Part shown: piece by piece, positions 9,181 through 18,363 of the stretch
Numbering within the stretch: the first letter of the stretch is position 1
Layout of the letters: each line of letters begins with the position of its first letter
IMG/VR virus record: IMGVR_UViG_3300036828_001020
Coordinates: 5,180-69,179 of that record
Length of the DNA: 64,000 nt
From: a virus
Direction: 5' to 3' (one strand)
Notes under the pieces: model-generated
What the model saw: only the letters and a program-made list of their open reading frames with translations
Databases searched by the model: none
Told to the model about the DNA's origin: nothing
Made by a program: the position numbers and the translations under genes

Positions 9181-9476
9181 AGATGGCCAGTTACCCCGAG
9201 ATCGGCCCAGCCGGGCACAGCGTCTGGTGGTTTTTGATCACTGATGACCAGCAATTGCCCACCAAAATTGAGGTAGGGGAATTGCCCCACCAGATCGGTG
9301 CCGGTGATCAGCGGGATGCCGCGCACCAGCGGGTTGCCGATCGTGTCGTAAATGTCGATCACCCAGCATTGCGCCGGATCGTTCCAAGCGAGCTTGATCT
9401 GATAAGGGATGCCGCCGAGGGTCACGCGAAAGACCTGCGGCCGCGAGGCGCTGAACGGGATCTCGACGATCGCCAT
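9156..9476 (-). CDS. Small baseplate protein (DUF6983-like)
   Basis: WNDPAQCWVIDI..PLVRGIPLITGTDLVGQFPYL..DLG..HLYF. Confidence 0.8.
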   Translation of the reverse strand: MAIVEIPFSASRPQVFRVTLGGIPYQIKLAWNDPAQCWVIDIYDTIGNPLVRGIPLITGTDLVGQFPYLNFGGQLLVISDQKPPDAVPGWADLGVTGHLYFVSQSA

Positions 9477-9853
9477 CAGGCGGTTTCGTGCTCGACGACG
9501 TAAAAGCGGTCGCCGTCATTGACCCAGCGGCCCTGCCCGCCGCGAAAGCGGATCGTCCGCGGCGCCACTGGGTGCCCCACCCATTGGTCGACACAACGCA
9601 ATCCGTTCTCCTCTTCGGCTATCAGGATCGCGGCATGCGAGCGCCCATCGGTGTGGTTGCCATAGCGGCCGTTGGGATCAAAGGTCGCGATGATCGTGCC
9701 GGGCTCCGCACCACTGCCGCGGGCCTTGGCGCCGCGCCGCCAGGTGGAGGTGTGGCCGAGGCCGCCGCAGGCCTCTTGTACAAGCCGCGCGCAATGCCCG
9801 TTATGGACGACCCTAGCGATCCAGCGTTCGGGGTTCTCGGCGATGTGCGGCAT
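9476..9853 (-). CDS. BPSL0067/Tae2-like peptidoglycan amidase (Cys-His)
   Basis: GHCARLVQ..TSTWRRG..GTIIATFD.NGRY.N..SHAAI..DQW..NDGDRFYVVE. Confidence 0.8.
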   Translation of the reverse strand: MPHIAENPERWIARVVHNGHCARLVQEACGGLGHTSTWRRGAKARGSGAEPGTIIATFDPNGRYGNHTDGRSHAAILIAEEENGLRCVDQWVGHPVAPRTIRFRGGQGRWVNDGDRFYVVEHETA

Positions 9854-9887
9854 TTGGCGCCCCGCTATCGAAAGCAGCGTAGTCGAG

Positions 9888-10487
9888 CTACGCCAATATT
9901 GTTCCGCCGGCGGCGACGATCTGATCGGTCGTCAGGCTGGCCGGCAAGGTCGAGACCTGGCCGGTTTGCGTGGTCGGGGTGTTGAGCTGCGGCAAGGCGA
10001 GATTGTTGATATTGGCGCTGCCGCCGGCGAGCGTCTGGGTCGAGACCAGGATGATCTGGCGCAAGGTGACGTTGGTGAGGAACGTGTGCTCGAGCCCGGA
10101 ATTGGTCTCTGTATGGACCGAGGCGACCAGCATGCTCTGGTAGGCGCGCTTGCCGGTGTAGACGTCAAACGGCTGGCGCGCCGCCTGGAGCTGCAGGATC
10201 TGCTCATAGACCATGCGCGAGTCGCCGATATAGGCGTCCGACCAGCCGACCCGCACACGCACCTCGGAAGGCCGCTTAAAGGCATGATCGGTGATCGCCG
10301 CGCCGTATTCGACCGGGTGCTCGGTGATCGTCAGATCGTCGTCATGGTCCTCGCTGACCGTGACCTCGGCCACCGGCAGGTTGCCGATCCGGCGGTTGGG
10401 GGCTTCCGGGCGACGCCCAATCCCTCCCGAATATTGCGACAGATCGAGAAACGGGAAAAAAACCGCCGTCGGCGGCAGACCGCTCAT
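9888..10487 (-). CDS. Tail tube initiator / Dit-like baseplate protein
   Basis: SEDHDDDLTITEHPVEYGAAITDHAFKRP..PFDVYTGKRAYQSML; follows the tape measure gene. Confidence 0.82.
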   Translation of the reverse strand: MSGLPPTAVFFPFLDLSQYSGGIGRRPEAPNRRIGNLPVAEVTVSEDHDDDLTITEHPVEYGAAITDHAFKRPSEVRVRVGWSDAYIGDSRMVYEQILQLQAARQPFDVYTGKRAYQSMLVASVHTETNSGLEHTFLTNVTLRQIILVSTQTLAGGSANINNLALPQLNTPTTQTGQVSTLPASLTTDQIVAAGGTILA

Positions 10488-13474
10488 GAGAAGTTGGTCG
10501 CCAGATCGCGGCGCATGTCGCCGTAGAGCCGCCGCGCCGCCCCGGCATAGCGGCCGACCGTGTCGCCGCCGTCATTGCCGCTGATGTTGACGGTGTGCTG
10601 CACGTTCATCGTGAGGTTCTTGTCGCCCTGGTTTGTCGTGTTTGTCGTGTCGCCGCCGAGCTGGGTCGCCGAGATGCGGTCGAGCTGTGCCGAGGCCTTG
10701 CTGATCTGCTCCCACGGCAATTGCTGCTGGGCAGCCTCAAAGTGCATCGGGTCTTTGCGACCGGCAAAGGTGCCGCCCCATTTGAGGCCCCACTTCGCGG
10801 CGATCTCGCCGATATTGGCTGGCAGGTTGGTGACCAGCTTATTGAGCAACATCGGGTTTTCTTCGGGGTTGATATCGATCGCCGCGCCAAAGGCGTGCTC
10901 GGAGGGTGTGGTTCCACCGCGGATCGGCCGGTTGGCATAACCGCCGCCCGAGACGATGTTTGGGAAGCTCTTGGAGAGATCGTTTAGAAAGCCTTGGAAT
11001 TGCGGCGCCACCATGCGGTTGACCTGAAACCGCGCGCCATTGGGTGCGGTGATCGTCACGAGGTTGTGCCCGGCCTCTCCGGGGGTTCCCAAGACTCCAG
11101 TGCGCGCTGCCCAATTGGCCTTGAGCTCGTCCTGCGTCAGTCCTCCGCGGCCGAGCTCGCCTGGCTGTAAGGCGTTTCCGGCGAGTGTCTGCGCGGCTTC
11201 GCGCGGAATGCGGCTATGCTCTTGCACGATGATCGCCTCGGTGAGCTTGCGCATGATCGAGGGGTCATGCAGATCGAGCCGTGCATTTGGATCAAGCCCG
11301 GTACGCTTGGCGGCGTTGCCGATCAGTTCGGCGGTTGGATTCTCGTTAGGCGGCGACCAGCGATTGATAATCCCCGCCAGTGTGTTGATGCCGTGCTGTT
11401 CCTGGTACGACATCAGGTTTTGCTGCAGTGCCAGAAGCCCTTCCTGCGCTGAGGCAAAGGCTCGCTCGTGCCCGCCTGTGATGCCTATATTGCCATAATT
11501 AAAAGCGCGCGAGCCGCCGGGGCCATAGCGCGGGTCGGTAATTGGCCCGACCGACGCGCCGGTGCCCTCGCCGCCACTGAGCACTCGGTCGAGGGCCGCC
11601 CCAGCCCGCGCACCCGCTCGCGCCCCTCGTTCCGCGCCAGCGGCCGTCCCTTCCCCCGAGATAGCCCCGCCGATGCCGCCGACCACACCACCGATGACCC
11701 GGCCGGCGAGCTCGCCAAACCCGGCCTGCTCTTCATCAAATTTGGCGATCTCGACCTTGGGGACAAAACCTTGCCCGCTGAGCCAATCGCCGAGCAGACC
11801 CTGTGATCGGCGCTGCTCGCCTAACGCCTCATCGGCCCCGGCAAACCGCGCAGTCGCCGGCTGCATAAACAGCCGCTGCAGCCCGTGCGAGATCTCGGCC
11901 GGCAAGACCATCTCGCCGGCGTGCGCGTTGATCGGCACAATGCCGCCGGCTTGAAACCCCGGCACGATGCCGCCGTGGGTATAGTGAAAGACCTGCTCGC
12001 CGGGGGTGGCGGGGCCACCAAACGGGGTTGCCTCACCCGTGGGCCGCGGTGGACCTGGGGGGCCCGGCGGCAATGGCGGCTGCTCCTGACCAGGCTTTGG
12101 CAGCCCCAGCAAAGCGCGGGTCCATTCATAGGTTTCCTTGACCCAGCCCAGCGCGGTTTTGAGCACATCGACGAATGGCTTCAGATTTTCTCCGAGCCGG
12201 TCGATCGCACCCCCCATCTGCTTGGAGAGATCGGTAAAAATTGTCACAAAGTCGCGCCAGTGCTCTGCCGCTTCGGCGATCAGCGTGGCGATCAACCCCC
12301 ATGGGGTGGCAAACCGCGCCGCCAGCCCGATCATGCGCACCAGCATCGGGGCACGGCCGAGCAGCAATGCCAAGGCTGCATCCGCTGCAGTAATGCCGGC
12401 GGCGACGGCCACCCAGCCTTCGATCAGCGCCGCGCCTGGGACAAGATTGTTGATGACCTGCACCAACCCCAGGATTTTATCGAGCCCATCGATAACCGGC
12501 CCGAGCAGCGCTGCCGCCTGAGTAAAGACCTGGTTCCAGATCCCAGAGAAATCGGCCAGCAGGTTGTTCCAACGCCGCTGTAAATCGACCGCTTGTTGAG
12601 CGACTTTGGCTTGCTTTGCCTTGGCGATCTCCCATGCCGGATCGGTGCCCTCCCGGCGCGCTTTCGCCTCTGCGTCTGCCTGCTCTTGCAGCGATAGTGT
12701 GATGCCGCCATAGACCCGTTTGAGCCGCTCGCCGGCATCGATTTGACCTTGGATTAACGCGTCCTGGTTCTTGTAGGCGAGGATCGCTTCGTCGGTGCTG
12801 ATGTGCAGCATGTCGGCCCAAGTCTTGGCTTGGAGCACCAGACCGGCATTGCCCGATGATGCCATTCTGCCGATGGTCAGCAGCGTTTCTTCGTATTGAG
12901 CGCGGGCATAGTCGACCATGCCGTGCATACGCTCTTGCAGTTTGGCGACCTCTGCCGGGGGCGCCAGGTAGGCGACCAACGGTTGGACTTCCGGATGCTC
13001 GCGCAACGTCCGCTGAAACTCGACAAAGGCTGCGGTGGCCTGGTCGCTGGCGATACCGATTTGCTTAAACCCGGCCTGCAATGCTTCGAGATCGGCAACC
13101 GAGGTGCGGGTCAGCTGTGCGGTGTAGTAGAGCTGCTCGAAATTCTTTGAGATTTGCAGGACGCCGGCGGCAAAGGTGGTCGCGACCGCGGCAGCCTTTA
13201 GACCGAGATCAACCGTCTCCTTTCTGACCCGGTCCACTGTGCCGATCAGCTTGCGTCCGGCCTCGTCGAATTTGCGGGCTGGCTCACCCGCCTGGCCGGC
13301 GAGCGTGTTGCCGAGCTGCGCCAGCGTCTTGCCGAGCTGGACGACTTGCTGGTTGAGCTGCCCAACCGTCGCCGCCGCGGCACTCGTTCCCTTTTGAAAG
13401 CGCTGTTGCGCGCCTTCGTCGATCTTGTAGCCGAGGGCGACGAAAAATTCTTGGATGACCCCGGCGTCAGCCAT
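10484..13474 (-). CDS. Tape measure protein with C-terminal lysozyme-like and M15 peptidase domains
   Basis: IQEFFVALGYKID N-terminus, long helical body; NYGNI..FASAQEG..IINRWSPPNEN domain; SEHAFGAAIDINP..WGG..DPMHFE M15 motif. Confidence 0.88.
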   Translation of the reverse strand: MADAGVIQEFFVALGYKIDEGAQQRFQKGTSAAAATVGQLNQQVVQLGKTLAQLGNTLAGQAGEPARKFDEAGRKLIGTVDRVRKETVDLGLKAAAVATTFAAGVLQISKNFEQLYYTAQLTRTSVADLEALQAGFKQIGIASDQATAAFVEFQRTLREHPEVQPLVAYLAPPAEVAKLQERMHGMVDYARAQYEETLLTIGRMASSGNAGLVLQAKTWADMLHISTDEAILAYKNQDALIQGQIDAGERLKRVYGGITLSLQEQADAEAKARREGTDPAWEIAKAKQAKVAQQAVDLQRRWNNLLADFSGIWNQVFTQAAALLGPVIDGLDKILGLVQVINNLVPGAALIEGWVAVAAGITAADAALALLLGRAPMLVRMIGLAARFATPWGLIATLIAEAAEHWRDFVTIFTDLSKQMGGAIDRLGENLKPFVDVLKTALGWVKETYEWTRALLGLPKPGQEQPPLPPGPPGPPRPTGEATPFGGPATPGEQVFHYTHGGIVPGFQAGGIVPINAHAGEMVLPAEISHGLQRLFMQPATARFAGADEALGEQRRSQGLLGDWLSGQGFVPKVEIAKFDEEQAGFGELAGRVIGGVVGGIGGAISGEGTAAGAERGARAGARAGAALDRVLSGGEGTGASVGPITDPRYGPGGSRAFNYGNIGITGGHERAFASAQEGLLALQQNLMSYQEQHGINTLAGIINRWSPPNENPTAELIGNAAKRTGLDPNARLDLHDPSIMRKLTEAIIVQEHSRIPREAAQTLAGNALQPGELGRGGLTQDELKANWAARTGVLGTPGEAGHNLVTITAPNGARFQVNRMVAPQFQGFLNDLSKSFPNIVSGGGYANRPIRGGTTPSEHAFGAAIDINPEENPMLLNKLVTNLPANIGEIAAKWGLKWGGTFAGRKDPMHFEAAQQQLPWEQISKASAQLDRISATQLGGDTTNTTNQGDKNLTMNVQHTVNISGNDGGDTVGRYAGAARRLYGDMRRDLATNFS

Positions 13475-13712
13475 CGCGTGTCCTCCGGTAGAAGTCTTCG
13501 AGGCGGCGGCGGTTTTCGTGCTCGAGGTCGAGCAGCTCGTTCAGGGTCGCCAGGTCGGCCAGATCAAGGGTGCCGTCGAGCAGGCTTTCGTACCGGCACA
13601 GGTGGTGCACCACCGGGCGCAGGAGCCAGGCCTCGCCCGAGGCCAATTGGAGAAGCTCTACATCTGGCCGTTCGCCGTCTGGGACGACAGTAGCTTCTCT
13701 GGTGAAAAAGAA
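13467..13712 (-). CDS. Tail assembly chaperone GT extension (DUF6889-like), probably via -1 frameshift
   Basis: WLLRPV..LCRYESLLDGTLDLADLATLNELLD; lies in the -1 frame relative to the upstream chaperone. Confidence 0.72.
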   Translation of the reverse strand, partial: FFFTREATVVPDGERPDVELLQLASGEAWLLRPVVHHLCRYESLLDGTLDLADLATLNELLDLEHENRRRLEDFYRRTRDG

Positions 13713-14125
13713 CCGAGGTTTTCGACCAGCACCTCCCATACCAAACGCAGTTGCACGGCGAGGTCATCGGCCTGTTGCAGCATCAGGCCGCCACCGGGTG
13801 CGGTCAGCGGTGCCCAGCGTTCAGCCGAGCGGAAGCGCACCGCTTCGAGGCAGCGGTCCAGCACATAGTTGGCGTCGGTGTCGCTCATCATGCCGATCGT
13901 GTCGGTCAGTGCCGCAACCGCCTCAAAGAGCGTGATGCCCTCTGGCACCATCTGCCCACTCTCGCCGTCCCGCACCAGGGTGGCGCCGTTAGCGCCGTTC
14001 ATCCGGCCAAACATCGGCACCAGGCCCTTGATGACCGGGGCCATGCGACGGGCCACGTGAAATTGCGTGCGTCCCGACATCTTGCCGATCAAGTAGCGCT
14101 GGCCGCCGAGCTCGACCTCGGACAT
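13658..14125 (-). CDS. Tail assembly chaperone G
   Basis: ATG 14125 with AGGGG SD; YLIGKMSGRTQFHVARRMAP..ENLGSF motif. Confidence 0.82.
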   Translation of the reverse strand: MSEVELGGQRYLIGKMSGRTQFHVARRMAPVIKGLVPMFGRMNGANGATLVRDGESGQMVPEGITLFEAVAALTDTIGMMSDTDANYVLDRCLEAVRFRSAERWAPLTAPGGGLMLQQADDLAVQLRLVWEVLVENLGSFSPEKLLSSQTANGQM

Positions 14126-14136
14126 GAGGCGATCCC

Positions 14137-14544
14137 CTACTTGCTGGCGGCTGCCTGCCGCCGGCCGTTGCCGTTGGCCGGCGCAGCCGGGCGGGTGGGC
14201 AGCGCCACGTCGACCTCGCCGACCTCTTGCTCGCGCTGTTCGAGGCGTGCGCGATGGACCGCGGCGACCGCGGCACTGGTCAGCGCGCGCTGGCGCAGTG
14301 CCGCGTAATCGACGGTCTGCACGACCCCGATAAACCGCGAGGGCAAGGGCGGCGGCGCCTGGGATGCGGCCAGCTCGGCTGCCGCGATCTCGGCCCAGCG
14401 CTGCGCCAGAAGCGCATGCAGCGCGGCGAGAAAGTGCAGCCGCCAGCGGCGCTGGTGCAACGCCGCGGCCTCGGGATCGGCGGCCGCCTTGCCGGCGGCC
14501 TGCGCCGCCTTGGCCTCGGCCTCGTGAAATGCCTGGCTGCTCAT
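14137..14544 (-). CDS. Hypothetical Ala-rich protein
   Basis: GGAGG SD before ATG 14544. Confidence 0.55.
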   Translation of the reverse strand: MSSQAFHEAEAKAAQAAGKAAADPEAAALHQRRWRLHFLAALHALLAQRWAEIAAAELAASQAPPPLPSRFIGVVQTVDYAALRQRALTSAAVAAVHRARLEQREQEVGEVDVALPTRPAAPANGNGRRQAAASK

Positions 14545-14554
14545 GGTGTCCTCC

Positions 14555-14581
14555 AAAAGAAAAACCCCGCATCAGCGGGGC
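14555..14581 (-). terminator. Intrinsic terminator
   Basis: CCCCGC-tgat-GCGGGG followed by TTTTTCTTTT on the minus strand. Confidence 0.7.
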
Positions 14582-14657
14582 TTGGTCGCCGTTGGATGAG
14601 CCGACTTCCACGGCTCGCCGGTTCTCAGAACACCGCAGCGCCGGTCCAGCCGCGGAA

Positions 14658-15131
14658 TTAATGGCCGTCGGGAGTGCCGGGCCCTAGATTAGAGTCAATG
14701 AGTGCTACGTCTAGCTCGAATTCTAATACATTTCCTATTTTCGCGTAACTATTTGTCGGGAAGCGTTTCCAGGCGCAGCCGTCCAAGGTGTAGGCGTCGC
14801 CCCGCGCGGTGTCGCGAATAGTGATGGTGTTGCGCCCCCAAAACGCCGAGGACTGGTGCTGGAAAGTGATCATCTGGACCAATTGCTGCACCAGCGGCGA
14901 GGTCTTCATCAGCCGGAATGTGCAGGTCCCGGCGCGCGCCGAGTGCATCGAGTTCATCACGCTGCCGTCGGCGCCTATCGTGGCGGTGTTCATCTCCTCG
15001 CCCCAGGTGATCGTGATGGCCTCCTCGGCCGCCGCGGTTTCCGGCCCGGACAAGGTAAATTGCCCACCCGGCCCGGATATGGAAGCGACAACATTCTCAA
15101 AAGCATAGGTGCCGTAACGCGGTGTGGACAT
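14658..15131 (-). CDS. Tail tube protein (DUF3277-like)
   Basis: TYAFENVVASISGPGG..IGADGSVMNSMHS..LMKTSP..FWGRNTITIRD. Confidence 0.88.
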   Translation of the reverse strand: MSTPRYGTYAFENVVASISGPGGQFTLSGPETAAAEEAITITWGEEMNTATIGADGSVMNSMHSARAGTCTFRLMKTSPLVQQLVQMITFQHQSSAFWGRNTITIRDTARGDAYTLDGCAWKRFPTNSYAKIGNVLEFELDVALIDSNLGPGTPDGH

Positions 15132-15147
15132 CGTTCCGCCTCCTCTT

Positions 15148-16635
15148 TTACTGGTTTACAAAAACGACGACTTCGGCGGAATGAATCGCCCCGGCAGTCT
15201 TGGCGGCTATCTGTATTATCGGCGCTTTGCGCGCGGCCCGGTCGGCCGCGGTCTGCAACAGCATCGAGGGGGCGTATATGTAGAAGCCGAGCGATATCGG
15301 ATCGCCTTGCTTTAAGGTGCCAAAGCCCGGCGCGTTCCAGACTCCCGAGGAGAGATAGCCGTTGGCGACATAGCCGGCACAAGTTCGCGTGGCCTCGGTG
15401 ACCAACAGGCTCATGCCGGGATCAGTCTGCGGGATCTTGGTCGGGCTGGTGTACAGCACGTTGAACAGACTGGTTTGCAGATCGAGTGCCAGCGCGTCGG
15501 CGCCGATGATCGTGTCGGTGTATTCGCCCGAGCTCGACACCCCGTATTGGATCAGGGTCGCGCCATTGGCGTAGGGCACATAGACGTTGCAGTTCTTGCC
15601 CTGGATCGTGTCGGCCTGGCCCGAGCTGACGTTCTCCGGCGCCACCCCCGGCTCGTGCTTGTACATCAAGGTTATCGCGGTGTTCTGCCCGGTCCAATTG
15701 GTGGTCAGGATGCGCCCGAGGTAGGACATGATCGCGTAGGGGTTGGTCGTCGAATATTGCACCGCGGTCCGATTGAGCCCGAGGCTCTGCATCACCGAGG
15801 CGATGTCGGTGTGATCGGTGCCAATCAACACCTTGGGCTCGGCTGTCGTCAGCCCGTAATAGTGCGGCGGGTCGGAAGCCTCGCAGTAGAGCCCCAAATC
15901 ATCGTGATCGAGATCGGCCGCCCCCGGGCAGACCACCCCGTAGAACTGGCTCGAATACATCGCATCGATGGCGGCGAGTGCGGCCAGCGGGGTCTCGGTG
16001 GCCTGGCCGGGGGCGGCAATCGCCCCCGATCCCGCGGTCATGCCGAGCATCGCCGAGATGTCGACACCGATCACGGGCGGGGTCAGAAAGCTGATCGATG
16101 AGGTGGGCCCGGTGGTGCCGCTGGTCATCTGAAAGACCGCCTGGTTGGCGTTCCACACCATCGTGCCGCCGGTGACCGCAGTGTCGATGATCGCGGCAAC
16201 GGCGTTGAGATTGGCCGCCCCCGAGAAGTTGAGCGGCCCAATATTGGTCGGGGCGGCCCCATCGAGCGCCACGCGAAAGCTGCCGGTGGTGATCGATCGC
16301 CACAGCGTCATCGACTGCTCGGCGGCCGATAGCGGCCGGCCGATCAGCGCGCCGGCGGCCGGCACGTTGGCCCACCGGCCAATCTCGATATTGTCCGGGC
16401 TGGGCGATTGGGCGAACCACGTCGCGGCCGCCAGATACTCCTGCGCGGTGGTGCCGAAATCGCTCGCCACCTCGCTGATGTTGGCGTAACGGCGCATCCG
16501 CTCGGCGACCGAGATCACCGTCCCGGTGCCGATCACCAGACAGGTGTTGATCGCTGGTGCGATCACCGCCGGCGAGGTCAGCGCGACACTCACCTTGACA
16601 AGCCGAGATGCTGGCAATCCGGTAGTGAGCGGCAT
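15148..16635 (-). CDS. Contractile tail sheath (DUF3383-like)
   Basis: LPASRLVKVSV..DFGTTAQEYLAA..ITLMYKHEPG..TKIPQTD.G..RAARKAP..AGAIH. Confidence 0.92.
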   Translation of the reverse strand: MPLTTGLPASRLVKVSVALTSPAVIAPAINTCLVIGTGTVISVAERMRRYANISEVASDFGTTAQEYLAAATWFAQSPSPDNIEIGRWANVPAAGALIGRPLSAAEQSMTLWRSITTGSFRVALDGAAPTNIGPLNFSGAANLNAVAAIIDTAVTGGTMVWNANQAVFQMTSGTTGPTSSISFLTPPVIGVDISAMLGMTAGSGAIAAPGQATETPLAALAAIDAMYSSQFYGVVCPGAADLDHDDLGLYCEASDPPHYYGLTTAEPKVLIGTDHTDIASVMQSLGLNRTAVQYSTTNPYAIMSYLGRILTTNWTGQNTAITLMYKHEPGVAPENVSSGQADTIQGKNCNVYVPYANGATLIQYGVSSSGEYTDTIIGADALALDLQTSLFNVLYTSPTKIPQTDPGMSLLVTEATRTCAGYVANGYLSSGVWNAPGFGTLKQGDPISLGFYIYAPSMLLQTAADRAARKAPIIQIAAKTAGAIHSAEVVVFVNQ

Positions 16636-16661
16636 GAGGTTCCCCTTTCATGGAGTGGCCA

Positions 16662-16874
16662 ATGGATTGCCCGCACTGCCATCGCACCGGGTGGCTGATC
16701 GAGGGGCGGGTGCCCTGTTTTGAATGTCTTGGCGGGATTGCCAGCTGCTGCGATGCAGCCGGCTCGGCGGGCTATTCGGCTGGAGACACCTTGTCGGTGT
16801 CAAAGGATGCGGTGTACGTGCCGGGGTCGGCGGTCACCGTGCCGGCGGCTTCGAGGATATTGAGCACCGGATAG
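16662..16874 (+). CDS. Small antisense zinc-finger-like protein
   Basis: GGAG SD; MDCPHC..PCFECLGGIASCC; the Cys-rich part fills the intergenic gap. Confidence 0.5.
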   Translation: MDCPHCHRTGWLIEGRVPCFECLGGIASCCDAAGSAGYSAGDTLSVSKDAVYVPGSAVTVPAASRILSTG

Positions 16875-17452
16875 ACGCGCTGGATGATGCGGCGCAGCCA
16901 CAGCGGCTTGTCGATGCGATCGAGCCACTGGTTCTTGATAAACTCGGGGGCACGCGTCCCCTCGCCGATCTCGACAAAGGCCATACCCACCGCGGCCAGC
17001 GCCGACTTGTTCTGCCAGATCATCAGCCCGGAATGCAGGTTGGCGGCGTAATAATCGCACTGCGGCCCGTAAAAGCTCGCCAGGACGTCGATGTCCTCGT
17101 GGCGCTGCACCAGGTCATGGCCGTCATTGACCGGATCGTGGATGGTTGCGCCGTAGACGCCGATCGGCCGCTTGCGCACGATGCCGACGGCGCACCAGGT
17201 CACCGAGAAATCGGGCAGGTTGGGCGGCTCGGGCTGGTAGCGCGGGCGCACCAAAGTGCCGTCGAGCCCGGCGACCCCGGCGACAAATTGCTGAATGTAG
17301 TCTTCGAGCGCCGGGCCCTCGAGCTGGAGTGACGTCCAGTAGCCGTGGTCGAGCCCATAGGCGCCGCTCGTGTCGAGAACAAATTGGTCGGTGCGGCCCG
17401 GCTGCAGGTAGCCGGCCTGCGAGGAGTCGCGCGCCTGGTTGGGGATCGTCAT
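16772..17452 (-). CDS. Neck / tail terminator protein
   Basis: GLDGTLVRPRYQPEPP..RHEDIDVLASFYGP; directly upstream of the sheath gene. Confidence 0.8.
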   Translation of the reverse strand: MTIPNQARDSSQAGYLQPGRTDQFVLDTSGAYGLDHGYWTSLQLEGPALEDYIQQFVAGVAGLDGTLVRPRYQPEPPNLPDFSVTWCAVGIVRKRPIGVYGATIHDPVNDGHDLVQRHEDIDVLASFYGPQCDYYAANLHSGLMIWQNKSALAAVGMAFVEIGEGTRAPEFIKNQWLDRIDKPLWLRRIIQRVYPVLNILEAAGTVTADPGTYTASFDTDKVSPAE

Positions 17453-17832
17453 TGCGACGGCGCGTCCTGCGCCAGGGTCGAAGAGAGCTGAGCCTCGACA
17501 AACCCGGCGCCATATTCGCCGAAATCTCTGACCTCAACGACGATATATCGGTTGCCGCGGTAGAGCACGACATCGGGCTGAAAGCCGGGCGAGGCCTGCT
17601 GCAATCGGTACGTGGTCACACAGGTCAGCGTCTTGCGGCCATGCTCATAGTCGCTTTGCCGCACCAAGCGGTTGTCGCCGGTCGGATAAAACGTCCCGTA
17701 CTTGCCGCGAGCGACGACCTGTTCGGTAGCCGAGCGGCCAAACTCGGTGATCGTCTCGGGCCGGCGCAGCACGTCGAAGCGGCTGGCAAACGGATCGCTG
17801 ACCGGGATCGGAGAGACATCGAGGGTCGCCAT
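17449..17832 (-). CDS. Head closure / head-tail adaptor
   Basis: GGAGG SD; LDVS..DPFA..FDVLRR..PDVVLYRGNRY..YGAGFVEA. Confidence 0.75.
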   Translation of the reverse strand: MATLDVSPIPVSDPFASRFDVLRRPETITEFGRSATEQVVARGKYGTFYPTGDNRLVRQSDYEHGRKTLTCVTTYRLQQASPGFQPDVVLYRGNRYIVVEVRDFGEYGAGFVEAQLSSTLAQDAPSQ

Positions 17833-17882
17833 CCGGCACCTCCCTTTTAATGACGGGATAAATATTATTTTGCCCGCGCGGC

Positions 17883-17917
17883 TTGTCAGCAACGGCCCCC
17901 GTTGATAAGGTTACCTT
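17883..17917 (+). promoter_or_regulatory. Sigma70-like promoter overlapped by palindromic operator
   Basis: TTGTCA-N17-TAAGGT with TGn extended -10; palindrome AAGGTTACCTT at 17907-17917. Confidence 0.7.
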
Positions 17918-17959
17918 GGCAAAGCCGGGTTTCCCGGAGCCACGAAAGTGGAGGAGAAG

Positions 17960-18130
17960 ATGATTTTGCCCGTGACCAAGGAGCAGCTCGACGAGATGGA
18001 GCAACAGCCGCTCACCAAGGCCGAGCTCGCGCGGCTGCGGCGCGAGTTCAAGAAGCAGGCCACCTTCTACGCTGATGGGTTGGGTGTGACGATCGAGTGT
18101 CGTGAGAATGATGGCCCAGGTACGCGTTGA
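17960..18130 (+). CDS. Small hypothetical protein
   Basis: GGAGGAG SD; first gene after the promoter. Confidence 0.6.
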   Translation: MILPVTKEQLDEMEQQPLTKAELARLRREFKKQATFYADGLGVTIECRENDGPGTR

Positions 18131-18299
18131 ATGGCACGACGGCCAGCGCCGCCGCGTTGGAACCGCACTCGTCGCCGACGTAGACGCGTATCTTGAGGCC
18201 TCGCACCAGCGCGGCTTCTATCTGATCACCGCGCCGTCTCTGGGTGTCGTGCGGGTGCCGCTGCGCGTCGCTCTGTTCGCCGTCGCTGAGCCAGTATGA
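18111..18299 (+). CDS. Small hypothetical protein
   Basis: Overlaps the previous ORF; MAQVRVEWHDG. Confidence 0.5.
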   Translation: MAQVRVEWHDGQRRRVGTALVADVDAYLEASHQRGFYLITAPSLGVVRVPLRVALFAVAEPV

Positions 18300-18363
18300 T
18301 GCATGAGGACTTCACGCCGCATGATTATCCGGGGATCGCCGTCGCGTGTAACTGGTTCGCAGG

